NCBI GenBank assembly: GCA_041484665.1
Contig: JBGPIA010000011.1
Coordinates: forward strand, 82,091-146,090
Direction: 5' to 3'
DNA from: Candidatus Krumholzibacteriia bacterium
GTDB lineage: Bacteria; Krumholzibacteriota; Krumholzibacteriia; JAJRXK01
DNA length: 64,000 nt
In this document: piece by piece, positions 45,114 to 54,711 of the stretch
Layout of the letters: the number at the start of each line of letters is the position of its first letter
Position numbering within the stretch: position 1 is the first letter of the stretch
Notes under the pieces: generated by a model
What the model saw: the letters and a program-made list of their open reading frames with translations, nothing else
The model's database searches: none
What the model was told of the DNA's origin: nothing
Position numbers and translations under genes: made by a program

Positions 45114-46733
45114 TCACCGGGTCAGACCGTGCTTCTTCATCTTGTAACGGAGGTTGCTTTCGCTGATCCCCAGGCTGCGCGCCGCGGCCATCTGGTTGCC
45201 GTCGACGCCGCGCAGGGCCCGGCGGATCAGAGCCTTCTCGTACTGGTCGAGGGAGTCGCGCAGATCCGGGACGGCGTCCTGCTGCTTGCCCTGGGCCATG
45301 CGCGGCCGTTCCCCGCGGCCGGGCTGGCCGTCGCCACCGGTAGACGGCGGGACCTCCTCGACTGCATCCCTCGCAGGGGCCGACGGGGCGTCGCCGCGGA
45401 TCTCCGCCGGGAGCGCCGAGGGCTCGATCACGTCGCCGCGGCAGAGCACCACCGCCCGCTCGACCACGTTCTCCAGCTCGCGCACATTCCCCGGCCACGT
45501 GTAGGCCAGCAGCAGGTCGAGCGTCTCGCCGGCCAGCCGCAGGCGCGGCTTGCCGTTGCTTTCACCGAAGCTCTTCACGAAGAAGCGCGCGAGGTCGATG
45601 ACATCGGTGCCGCGGTCGCGCAGCGGCGGCAGCCAGATCGTGACCACGTTGAGCCTGTAGTACAGGTCGGCGCGGAATCGCTTGTGGTCCATCAGCGCCT
45701 CGAGATCCTGGTGCGTCGCGGCCACCAGGCGCACGTCGAGCGGGATGGTCACCCGGCCGCCGACGCGCTCCAACTCGCGGTCCTCGATCACGCGCAGGAT
45801 CTTGGTTTGCGCTTGCGCGCTCATGTCCCCGATCTCGTCGAGAAAGCAGGTACCGCTGTTGGCCATCTCCATGCGTCCCTTGCGCGCCTCCACACCGGTG
45901 GCCACGCCACGCTCGATGCCGAACAGCTCGCTCTCGATGAGGTCGTGGGGGATGGCCGAGCAGTTGATCTGGACCAGCGGCCCCCGCATCCGCGGACTCA
46001 GCTGATGGATCAGCTTGGCGAAGATCCCCTTGCCGGTCCCGCTCTCACCACGCAGCAGCACGTTGGCGGTGCTGCCAGCCACAGCGCGTGCGGTCTCCAG
46101 CGCGTCGAGGAACGGCGGACTGCTGCCCACCGGCTCGCTGGGCTTGGCCGAGGCGCGCCGGCGCAAGCGGGAGTTCTCCGCCTGCAGCTCGTTGCGCTCG
46201 CGGGCGAGCTCGGCATAGACGCGGGCGTTCTGGATGGCCACCGCAGCGTGGCTGGCAAGCGTGGCCAGATACGCCACGTCGGCGTCGTCGAAGGTCGCCG
46301 GCTGCTCCGCCCCGCCCTTGTTGAGGGCCTGCAGCACGCCGATCACCTTGCCGCGGCGATCCTTGATCGGCACCGCCAGCAGGCTGCGCGTGCGGTAACC
46401 TGTGCGCTGATCGGTCGCCCGGTCGAAACGGCTGTCCTCGTATGCATCGGGAACGATCAACGGGGCGCCGTGCGCGGCGACGTGGCCGGCGATCCCGACC
46501 CCCAGCTTGACGCGTACGCTGCTGATTCCGTCCCCCTGCGCGATCTCGCTGACCAGCTCCCGGCTGTCGTCGCTCACGAGGTAGAGCGTCGTCCGGTCGG
46601 CGCCGGTGTGCTGCGTCGCGTGGAGACTGAGGGTGTGCAGCACATCGCGGATGCTCAGCGTGCTGTTGAGCAGCAAGGAGGCATTGAGCAGCGACATGAG
46701 CTTCTTATCGTTGGGTGTCGGTTCGGGCTTCAT
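45114..46733 (-). CDS. GAF-domain sigma54-dependent transcriptional activator (AAA+, Fis HTH)
   Basis: GESGTGK, INCSAI, ESELFG..GVATGV, FLDEIG, FRADLYYRL, WPGNVRELEN, GNQMAAARSLGI. Confidence 0.95.
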   Translation of the reverse strand: MKPEPTPNDKKLMSLLNASLLLNSTLSIRDVLHTLSLHATQHTGADRTTLYLVSDDSRELVSEIAQGDGISSVRVKLGVGIAGHVAAHGAPLIVPDAYEDSRFDRATDQRTGYRTRSLLAVPIKDRRGKVIGVLQALNKGGAEQPATFDDADVAYLATLASHAAVAIQNARVYAELARERNELQAENSRLRRRASAKPSEPVGSSPPFLDALETARAVAGSTANVLLRGESGTGKGIFAKLIHQLSPRMRGPLVQINCSAIPHDLIESELFGIERGVATGVEARKGRMEMANSGTCFLDEIGDMSAQAQTKILRVIEDRELERVGGRVTIPLDVRLVAATHQDLEALMDHKRFRADLYYRLNVVTIWLPPLRDRGTDVIDLARFFVKSFGESNGKPRLRLAGETLDLLLAYTWPGNVRELENVVERAVVLCRGDVIEPSALPAEIRGDAPSAPARDAVEEVPPSTGGDGQPGRGERPRMAQGKQQDAVPDLRDSLDQYEKALIRRALRGVDGNQMAAARSLGISESNLRYKMKKHGLTR

Positions 46734-47092
46734 GGCGATCGAGTCGGCCAGCTGGGGAAACGAGTGGAAGCCGTGGATCCAGGACGCGGGCCCTCGGCGC
46801 GGCAGCGCTTGCTGGGCCAAGGCACTGCGGGCCCGCGGGTGCGGCCCAGAGGACTCGGCCCGGTCACCGCAGTCCGGATTTCCCGGTCTGGACTGCGGCC
46901 CGCAGGATCCGCGTGCGCCCTGCGAGCGTACCATTTCGCCAGAATTGGCGAAAGGACTCCCTGAGCGCCGGCGATCCGGACGCGCCGGGGTCGCCAGGGC
47001 GGGCTCAAGCCCCATGCTGGGCGGCCGAAACCCGCAAGGCCAGGCACACGCACCGCTCCCCTCAGCTTCCGCGCCTGCGCGGCTGGAAGGCC

Positions 47093-48562
47093 ATGAGCTC
47101 GACTGAGGTCCTCGAGCAGATCGAAGCGATGGGGGAGCTCCCCGTCCTGCCGCAGACTCTGCTGCAGATCCAGAGCGTCGCCACGGACGACCGCAGCAGC
47201 GCCGAGGATCTCGCCGCCGTGATCCTGCGCGACGAGGCTCTCACCATGAAGGTGCTGAAAGTGGTGAACAGCTCGTTCTACGCGAGCCGGCGGCGCAAGG
47301 ACGAAGTCCGCACGGTCAGCAAGGCAGTGGTGGCGATGGGCTTCGAGCAGGTGCGCCGCATCGCCCTGGGCCTTTCGATGTTCGACATGATGAGCAAGCT
47401 CTCGCGCTCCCCGCACCTGGCGGAGATCGCGCGGCACTCGATTGTGGTGGCCGCTTTCGCTCAGCGCCTCGCTGAAGCCTGCCGGCGCGCGCTGCCGGAG
47501 GAGGCCTTCGTCGCCGGGCTGATCCACGACATCGGCAAGGTGGTGCTCATCGAGTGCTCGCCGCAGCGTTACGAGCAAGTGCTGCTGGACATCGCGGCGG
47601 GGGCCCAGGCGGAGGACGCCGAGCGCGCGCAGTTCGGCATTACCCATCAGCGGGCGGGGCGCAAGCTCGCCGCGCGCTGGGGATTGCCCCACGACCTGCA
47701 GAGCCTGATCGGCGACCACCACGACATCGATCCTCTGCGGCCGCCCCGCGCGCTCGACCCGATGCAGGGAATCCTCGTCTACGCCGACGCCATCGCCCAT
47801 TTCCGCTGCGACGTCGCGCACCGGGACCGGGAGCGCGAGATCCTGCGCGCCGCGGCCCGGGCGCTGGGCATCGGGACCTCCGCCATGGAGGACATCTACG
47901 CCGAGGCGGTCGCGGGTCTCGCCGACCTCGCCGGCCGCCTGAACGTGGGAGGCGGCGACCTCCCCGATTTCCTCGTGCTGTTGAAGGAGGGCGGCACGGC
48001 TCCCAAGCCCGTGGCGCCCGACCCGCAGGAAGCCGTCCGCCGCACCGCCGCGCTGCTAGCGCTGCACCGCGACATCAACAAACGCATGAGCGCGGGCGAG
48101 GATTCCGAGCGGCTGCTCGCCCGTGTCGTCGAGGCGGCTCATCGGATCGTGGGCTTCGAGCGCGTGCTGTTGCTGAAGGTGGAAGTCCGCACCCACGGCC
48201 TGCAAACATGGCTGTGGGCGGGGCCAGGCGCCGCCGAGCTCGCCCCGGCCTTCACGCTGCCGTCGCCCGAGGGGCTGGGCGCCGTCGCCGAGACCGTCAC
48301 GCAAGGCCGCGGCTTCCACGTGCCCTTCGCGCGGAGCGAGGCCTACGGCTCCCACGCCGGGCCGTTGTTGCTGGAGATCACGCGCACCCGCAGCTACGCC
48401 ACGGCGGCGCTCCAGGTGGGTGGGCGTGTGGCCGGCGTGCTCTGGGCCGACCTGGGCGCCGACGGCGACGAGGTGCAGGCCGATCGGGCGCAAGACCTGC
48501 AGGAGCTGGCCGTCCAGGCCGGGCTGCTGCTGGAGCGACCGGTGCTCGCGCGGCGGCAGTGA
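47093..48562 (+). CDS. HDOD domain protein with C-terminal GAF-like domain
   Basis: LPVLP, VLKVVNSSFY, AGLIHDIGK, FGITH..WGLP, HH; C-terminal GFERVLL..AGVLWAD. Confidence 0.9.
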   Translation: MSSTEVLEQIEAMGELPVLPQTLLQIQSVATDDRSSAEDLAAVILRDEALTMKVLKVVNSSFYASRRRKDEVRTVSKAVVAMGFEQVRRIALGLSMFDMMSKLSRSPHLAEIARHSIVVAAFAQRLAEACRRALPEEAFVAGLIHDIGKVVLIECSPQRYEQVLLDIAAGAQAEDAERAQFGITHQRAGRKLAARWGLPHDLQSLIGDHHDIDPLRPPRALDPMQGILVYADAIAHFRCDVAHRDREREILRAAARALGIGTSAMEDIYAEAVAGLADLAGRLNVGGGDLPDFLVLLKEGGTAPKPVAPDPQEAVRRTAALLALHRDINKRMSAGEDSERLLARVVEAAHRIVGFERVLLLKVEVRTHGLQTWLWAGPGAAELAPAFTLPSPEGLGAVAETVTQGRGFHVPFARSEAYGSHAGPLLLEITRTRSYATAALQVGGRVAGVLWADLGADGDEVQADRAQDLQELAVQAGLLLERPVLARRQ

Positions 48563-48866
48563 GCGCCCGCGGCGGGGGCCGTTGACGCGGTCGTGGCCGC
48601 GTGCCCGGAGCACGGACGACGGGCCGGCAGGACTTGCCGCCCGGCAGAGAATGCCGGATCCGCCATCATGCAGGAAACGCTGGTCGCGCAGACGGGCGCC
48701 GGCGGATGGCCTCGCTCAAGTCGTCCAGCGCGCCTGCCGATAAGCCCTCTCGGAGGGGCTGGTGTGCCCGTCCTTCGGGTCACCGCCAAGCCCGGCCGAG
48801 AGACCGCGGCGGCCGCACGGCAATGCACGTCCCGCCTGCCCCACCGGGGGACAGGTTGCAGGAAGC

Positions 48867-49733
48867 ATGTTCGCAATCATCGGGCTTGTCGTCGTCATCG
48901 TCTCCATTCTCGGCGGCTATGCCTTCGCGAAGGGGTCCTTCCTCGTCCTCATCCAGCCCGCGGAGTTCATCATCATCGGTGGAGCGGCGATCGGGATCAT
49001 CCTGCTGGGAACGCCCCGCAAGGTCATCCAGCAGCTGTTGAAGTCCCTGCCGCTCGTGATCAAGGGGTCGCCGTACACCAAGCCGGCGTTCCTCGAGCTG
49101 CTCAAGATGCAATTCGAGGTCTTTTCCAAGATCCGCAAGGATGGGCTGATCGCGCTGGAGGAGGAGGTCGGGGAGCCGCACAACAGCCAGCTCTTCAAGA
49201 AGTACCCGTCGTTCATCACCAACCCGCCGGCGGTAGACTTCTTCTGTGACTCCCTCAAGCTGCTCATCGACGGCACCGACGTGGCCGAGGTCGAGCACAT
49301 CATGCAGTCCGACCTCTCGACGTTGCAGGAGGAGGGCTCGCTCCCGGCGGGCGTCCTGCAGAGAGTCGGCGACTCTCTGCCCGGGCTGGGGATCGTGGCC
49401 GCGGTGCTGGGCATCGTGGTGACGATGCAGAAGCTCGACGGGCCCCCCAACGAGCTCGGCCAACACATCGGCGCGGCGCTGATCGGGACCTTCCTGGGAA
49501 TCCTCCTCTCCTACGGATTCCTGCAGCCGATCGCCAGCGCGGTGGAGGGCATCGCGCGCGATGAGCACAAGTACTTGCAGTGCATGATGGTCGGACTGAT
49601 CAGCTCCACAGGGGGGACCTCCCCCGTGACAGCCGTGGAGCAGGCGCGCCGCGTGATCTTCGCGGCCGACCGGCCAAGCACGGCCGAGCTGGAGGCGGCC
49701 GTGAACGAGCTCAAGGCCGCCAAGCCGGCGTAG
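48867..49733 (+). CDS. motA: Flagellar-type stator protein MotA
   Basis: IQPAEFIIIGG, RKDGLIALE, LPGLGIVAAVLG, GAALIGTFLGILLSYG. Confidence 0.95.
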   Translation: MFAIIGLVVVIVSILGGYAFAKGSFLVLIQPAEFIIIGGAAIGIILLGTPRKVIQQLLKSLPLVIKGSPYTKPAFLELLKMQFEVFSKIRKDGLIALEEEVGEPHNSQLFKKYPSFITNPPAVDFFCDSLKLLIDGTDVAEVEHIMQSDLSTLQEEGSLPAGVLQRVGDSLPGLGIVAAVLGIVVTMQKLDGPPNELGQHIGAALIGTFLGILLSYGFLQPIASAVEGIARDEHKYLQCMMVGLISSTGGTSPVTAVEQARRVIFAADRPSTAELEAAVNELKAAKPA

Positions 49734-49749
49734 CGGCGGGGAGCATCCG

Positions 49750-50580
49750 ATGGCGGGTCAGGACAAGGGCGCGGGCAAGGTCCGGCGCCGGGGCCAGCAT
49801 GTCGCCGGCCACGTGCCGCACGGCCACCACGGCGGCGCGTGGAAGGTGGCCTACGCCGACTTCACCACCGCCATGATGGCGTTCTTCCTGTTGATGTGGA
49901 TCCTGGCGTCGAGCAGCAAGCAGCAGAAGGAGGCCATCGCGCGCTACTTCCGCGCAGACGGCTCCGTGGTCGACGGCGGCTCGCAGGCGGAGGGGACCTT
50001 CGAGGGCGGGCCCGGGTTCATGTACAACCCTCCCAGCAACGGACCGGACCTCGAGGGCAAGGCGCTCGAGGCTGCGGCCCAGGAAGTGCGCGAGGAGCTT
50101 CAGCAGCTCGATCTGGAGAACGTTTCCGACCAGGTCTGGATCTCGCTGGGCCCCGACGGATTGGTGATCGAGATCTCCGACGATCCGAAGGACGAGCTCT
50201 TCACCATCGGCGGCTCGAAGATGAACCCCGAGTTCGAGAAGATCCTCGGTGCGGTCTCCCATAGCCTGGTCAAGCTGCCCAACCGCGTCCGTCTGGAGGG
50301 CTACACCGACGCCCGCCAGTATCCCGCGGGCGCGACCTACACCAACTGGGAGCTTTCGGCCGACCGCGCCAACGCGGCGCGCCGCCGCCTCGAGGGCCAA
50401 GGGCTGGCGCGCGACCGATTCGACAGCGTGGTCGGCTACGGCGACGGCCGGCCGGCCGTGCCCACCGACCGGCTCGCGCCGGCCAATCGCCGCATCACGA
50501 TCACGGTCCTGCGGCAGCATCCACCGACTCCGAAGCAGGGCGACGCACCGCATTCGGGGAACACCAGCGCGCGCGGCTAG
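49750..50580 (+). CDS. motB: Flagellar-type stator protein MotB
   Basis: HHGGAWKVAYADFTTAMMAFFL; OmpA-like GYTD, NWELSADRA, NRRI. Confidence 0.95.
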   Translation: MAGQDKGAGKVRRRGQHVAGHVPHGHHGGAWKVAYADFTTAMMAFFLLMWILASSSKQQKEAIARYFRADGSVVDGGSQAEGTFEGGPGFMYNPPSNGPDLEGKALEAAAQEVREELQQLDLENVSDQVWISLGPDGLVIEISDDPKDELFTIGGSKMNPEFEKILGAVSHSLVKLPNRVRLEGYTDARQYPAGATYTNWELSADRANAARRRLEGQGLARDRFDSVVGYGDGRPAVPTDRLAPANRRITITVLRQHPPTPKQGDAPHSGNTSARG

Positions 50581-50849
50581 ATCGCGTCCGCATTCCCGCC
50601 CGGGACCGCAGTGGACAGGCCGGCGGCGCAGTGCGCCGACTCACCAGTTCTGGCGCAGCTCGCACAGGTAAGGAGGGTTGCGGTCTTGGTCGCCGAAGAA
50701 GGCCAGCCGGATGGGCGCCTGCGCATCGCGCGCGCGGGCATTTCCCCGCTCGCCCGGAAGAGGTATCGTGGGCTCCCGCGCTGCCCAACGGCCGCCCGTT
50801 GCGGCGGCATCCGAGGGCAGCACGGGGACACGGTGGGGGAGGAGCGCGC

Positions 50850-51557
50850 GTGGATTCGCAGGCGATCTACCAGGCCTTCCTCTACTACGCGGTCTTCCTC
50901 TTCTCGACGACGCTGCACGAGGCGGCCCACGCGTGGGCGGCGCTGCGCGGCGGTGACCCGACCGCCTATCTCGGCGGGCAAGTCACCCTGGACCCGCGGC
51001 CCCATATCCGCCGCCAGCCCTTCGGCATGGTGCTGCTGCCCGTGCTGACGGCGCTCACGTCGGGCTGGCCGATGGGCTTTGCCAGCGCCCCTTACGACCC
51101 CATCTGGGCGCAGCGCCACCCCCGGCGCGCGGCCTGGATGGCGCTGGCCGGCCCCGCCGCGAACCTGATGCTGGTGGTCGTGGCCGGGCTGCTCATCCGC
51201 GGTGGGATGCTGGCGGGGGGCTTCCGCGAGCCGACTTCGGTCGGATTCGCGCAGGTCACCATGGCGGCCGGCGGTGGCACCTGGGCTGCGCTGGCCACGA
51301 TCGTGAGCGTCCTCTTCTCGCTGAACCTGGTGCTCCTCGCGCTGAACATCCTGCCGATCCCCCCACTGGACGGCGCGAGCGCGGTTCCGTTGTTCCTCAG
51401 CGCTTCGGCTGCGCAGCGCTACCGGGCGTTCGTGCTGCAGCCGATGTTTGGATGGGTAGGGATCCTGATCGCCTGGCGGCTGTTCGACCGGGTCTTCCAC
51501 CCGGTTTTCCTGGTCGCGGTGAACCTGCTCTATCCGGGAGCCGGGTTTGGCCGTTGA
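50850..51557 (+). CDS. Site-2 protease (peptidase M50)
   Basis: HEAAH, AGPAAN, NILPIPPLDG; RBS ggagga before GTG 50850. Confidence 0.93.
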   Translation: MDSQAIYQAFLYYAVFLFSTTLHEAAHAWAALRGGDPTAYLGGQVTLDPRPHIRRQPFGMVLLPVLTALTSGWPMGFASAPYDPIWAQRHPRRAAWMALAGPAANLMLVVVAGLLIRGGMLAGGFREPTSVGFAQVTMAAGGGTWAALATIVSVLFSLNLVLLALNILPIPPLDGASAVPLFLSASAAQRYRAFVLQPMFGWVGILIAWRLFDRVFHPVFLVAVNLLYPGAGFGR

Positions 51558-51676
51558 GCGCTGAACGCGGGCTGCGTCGTCGCCAACCCGCGCTGATTCA
51601 CGGACGTGGTCAGTCGACCCTCCCCCCGCGTGAACTGGAAGCTCACGGCGGATCTCCTTCTCGTTCGTGATCCGCG

Positions 51677-53869
51677 TCAGCGATCGGTCGGCCGCCGGTC
51701 ACTCTGCCTTGCCGGACGGCCCGCCGGTGCGGCCGACGGATCGCGCTCCAGGAGGACCGCCAACTCCTCCCAGCGGCGCAGCTTCTCGTTGAGCGCAGCC
51801 TGCAGCCGCGCAGCGCGGGTGCTGGCGTCGACCAGCTCGCTTGCGGACAGCGCGCCGCCGCTCAGCTGTCCGCCCAGCGACTCCAGATCCGCCTCGATCA
51901 ACGCGATCTCGTCCTCGAGGTCTCCGACCTCGCGCCGCAGCCGGGCAAGCTCGTTCTTGCCGAGGTCGCGCTTGCGCAGCGGGCCGGCAGCGGGTTGGCC
52001 AGCTCCAGGCTTTCTCCCCCGCGGGCCAAGGGAGCCGGGCGGGGTAGCTCGCGGCCGCGTGGCGCCCGCAGCGCGGGGATCGCTCTGGGCAGCTTCCGGC
52101 GGCGCGGCGTCGGGCTTCGCAGGCTGCGCGGGCGCGCCCTTGGTCGTCCCCGGCGTTCTTGGCGCCGGCGTAGCGGCGCGGGAGCCGCCCGACCCCCAGG
52201 TCGTCTCCGCGAGCGCCTCTCGCTCCGCGAGCACCGCACGGCGATAGTCGTCGTAGTTGCCCAGGACCTGCCGCACGCGCACGGCCGGCTCGCCGCTCTG
52301 CGCAGCGCGGTCTGACGCCGCGGCCGCGCCGGTCTCGAACGCGAACACGCGGTTGACGATCCGATTGAGGAAGTAACGATCGTGGCTGACGCAGATGAGC
52401 GTGCCGCTGAAGGTCGCCAACGCCTCCTCCAGCGCTTCGCGCGCGTCGTAGTCGAGGTGGTTGGTGGGCTCGTCCAGCAGCAGCGTATTGTGACGCTCCA
52501 GGATCAGCCGCAAGAGCGACAGGCGCGCGCGCTCGCCGCCGGACAATGTTCCCACCCGCTGATCGATCATGTCCGCGCCGAATCCGAACGCGCCAAGGAA
52601 CGTGCGCAGCGTTCCGTCGCTGCTTTCGGGGTCGAGCAGGCGGATCTCGCCCAGGACCGTATTGGTATCATTCACCGCGCGCAGGTCCTGATCGTAATAT
52701 CCGAGGTCGACGTTGTGGCCGGCGGCGATCGATCCGTCGATGGGAACCAGCGCCCGCGTGAGCAGCTTGAGCAAGGTCGTCTTGCCCGTGCCGTTGGGGC
52801 CGATGATCCCGATCTTGTCACCGCGGAGGACCTGGCAGTCCAGGTCCTCGAACAGCCGCAGGGACCCGAAGCGGTGCGTGAGCCCGTGCGTTTCGAACAC
52901 CAGGTTTCCGCTGACGCGCGCGGGGGCGAGGTTGAAGCGGTACTGCTTTCCGTCGCTGGGCGGCGCCTCGATGCGGTCCAGCCGCGCGAGCTGCTTGCGG
53001 CGGCTCTTGGCCTGCCCGGTGCGCTGGCCGGCGATGTTCTTGCGGATGAAGGTCTCGGTGCGCTCGATATGCTCCTGCTGGCGGCGATAGCGCTCCTCCC
53101 ACTGCCCCTTCTGCTCGGCCCACAGCCGGTGGAATTTAGTATAGCTGCCGGGGAAGCGGTCCAGCCGCGCGTTGAACAGGTGCAGCGTGAAATCGGTGGC
53201 ATGGTCGAGGAACGCGCGGTCGTGGCTGATGGCGATCATTGCGCCCCTGCGCTGCATGAGGTGCTCCTCGAGCCACTCGCGCGCGTCCAGGTCGAGGTGG
53301 TTCGTGGGCTCGTCCAGCAGCAGCACGTCATGAGGCGCGAGCAGCACCGCCGCCAGCGCCGCGCGCCGGCGCTGCCCCCCGCTCAGGGTATTGAGCGGCT
53401 GGTCGAGGCGGTCCGCCTCGAACCCCAGCCCCAGCATCGCCGCCTCACACCGGGAGTCCATGGTGTAGGCGTCGGCCTGCTCGAAGCGCTCGTGCAGGCT
53501 GCCGTACTCCTCCAACACGCGCGGGTCCTCGTCGCCCGCCCCCAGGCGGTGCGAAAGCTCTTCCAGTTCGGCCTCGATCCGCAGCAGGTCCGCGAACGCC
53601 GCCTGGCGCACCGCTTCCCGCACCGGAAGCGGGCTCTCCAACTCGCTGTCCTGGGGCAGATAGCCGACGGAGACGCGGGCGGCCCGCTGGATCTTGCCGC
53701 GTGGAGGCTCCAACTGGCCCAGGATCAGACGCAGCAGCGTCGTCTTTCCCGCGCCGTTGATGCCGACCAGGCCGTAGCGCTCGCCGGCGTGGATGGTCAG
53801 ATTGGCGCCGTCCAGGATGGTCTGCCGACCATAATCGAAGCCGACGCCCTGCAGCGTGATCAACGACAT
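51677..53869 (-). CDS. ABC-F family ATPase (Uup/YheS-like)
   Basis: Two ABC domains (GINGAGKT, GPNGTGKT; LSGGQ, LSGGE; DEPTNHLD twice), no TM, C-terminal coiled coil. Confidence 0.95.
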   Translation of the reverse strand: MSLITLQGVGFDYGRQTILDGANLTIHAGERYGLVGINGAGKTTLLRLILGQLEPPRGKIQRAARVSVGYLPQDSELESPLPVREAVRQAAFADLLRIEAELEELSHRLGAGDEDPRVLEEYGSLHERFEQADAYTMDSRCEAAMLGLGFEADRLDQPLNTLSGGQRRRAALAAVLLAPHDVLLLDEPTNHLDLDAREWLEEHLMQRRGAMIAISHDRAFLDHATDFTLHLFNARLDRFPGSYTKFHRLWAEQKGQWEERYRRQQEHIERTETFIRKNIAGQRTGQAKSRRKQLARLDRIEAPPSDGKQYRFNLAPARVSGNLVFETHGLTHRFGSLRLFEDLDCQVLRGDKIGIIGPNGTGKTTLLKLLTRALVPIDGSIAAGHNVDLGYYDQDLRAVNDTNTVLGEIRLLDPESSDGTLRTFLGAFGFGADMIDQRVGTLSGGERARLSLLRLILERHNTLLLDEPTNHLDYDAREALEEALATFSGTLICVSHDRYFLNRIVNRVFAFETGAAAASDRAAQSGEPAVRVRQVLGNYDDYRRAVLAEREALAETTWGSGGSRAATPAPRTPGTTKGAPAQPAKPDAAPPEAAQSDPRAAGATRPRATPPGSLGPRGRKPGAGQPAAGPLRKRDLGKNELARLRREVGDLEDEIALIEADLESLGGQLSGGALSASELVDASTRAARLQAALNEKLRRWEELAVLLERDPSAAPAGRPARQSDRRPTDR

Positions 53870-53999
53870 GGCGCTGAGTATAGGCGAAGCCCGCCCGCGG
53901 CGCCGCTCGCGTCGCCGTGGCGAGGGCTGCTCGCAGACCGCTGGCGCACGACGGGCGTGAGTGCAGGGAAGGCCCGGGGGTTCGTGCTATCCTGTTGAC

Positions 54000-54200
54000 A
54001 TGGGAATCCGCAGAATGATCATCCGGAAACGGTCGCTCCACGAGCCCGAGCCGACCTCCGACCTGCAAGACCTGACTCCCGGCGACCGCATGGCTATGGT
54101 GTGGCCGCTGACGCTCGAGGCGTGGGCGTTCAGGGGGGACCTGCGTGCTCAGCCCGGATCATCACGACGTCTTGTCCGAGTTCATCGACGGCCAGGTTGA
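54000..54200 (+). CDS. Small hypothetical protein paired with a nucleotidyltransferase
   Basis: TPGDRMAMVWPLTLEAWAF pattern; overlaps the next gene. Confidence 0.55.
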   Translation: MGIRRMIIRKRSLHEPEPTSDLQDLTPGDRMAMVWPLTLEAWAFRGDLRAQPGSSRRLVRVHRRPG

Positions 54201-54594
54201 ATTCCTGCTGGTGGGCGCGTACGCCCTCGCCGCGCACGGGCTGGTGCGCGCCACCGGGGACCTTGATCTGTGGGTGCGTCCGACCGCTGCGAACGCCGCA
54301 CGGGTGGTCGCGGCCCTCCAGCGCTTCGGCGCGCCCGCGGAGCACTTCAGCGCAGCGGATTTCGTCCGGCCGGACTCTGTGGTCCAGGTGGGCGTCGAGC
54401 CCTTTCGCATCGATGTCCTGACCAGCATCGATGGGGTTGGCTTCGAGCAAGCGTGGGCGCACCGGATCTCGGCCTCGATCGAGGGACTCTCCGTTCCCGT
54501 CATCGGACGCGAGGAGTTGATTGCGAACAAACGGGCCACCGGCCGGCCCCAGGATGCCCTCGATGCGCAGCGGCTGGAGCACCTGCGGCCCTAG
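54145..54594 (+). CDS. Nucleotidyltransferase-fold protein (DUF6036-like)
   Basis: LVGAYALAAHG..RATGDLDLWV; LIANKRATGRPQDALD. Confidence 0.85.
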   Translation: MLSPDHHDVLSEFIDGQVEFLLVGAYALAAHGLVRATGDLDLWVRPTAANAARVVAALQRFGAPAEHFSAADFVRPDSVVQVGVEPFRIDVLTSIDGVGFEQAWAHRISASIEGLSVPVIGREELIANKRATGRPQDALDAQRLEHLRP

Positions 54595-54711
54595 CCTCCC
54601 GCGCAGGGCCGCCCGCGTGCCGCGCTCGGGCGCGGCCCGCCCGCCGCGGGCCGGTCGGGCCGTCCGCCGCATCGTCTCCGGATCTCTGGACCCTCGCCCA
54701 GGTCCGGCTCC

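Noticed and set aside
48867..50580. motAB as Zorya ZorAB anti-phage system
   Set aside because: MotA has normal length without a long ZorA tail, MotB has the canonical flagellar motif, and there are no zorC/D/E-like neighbours.
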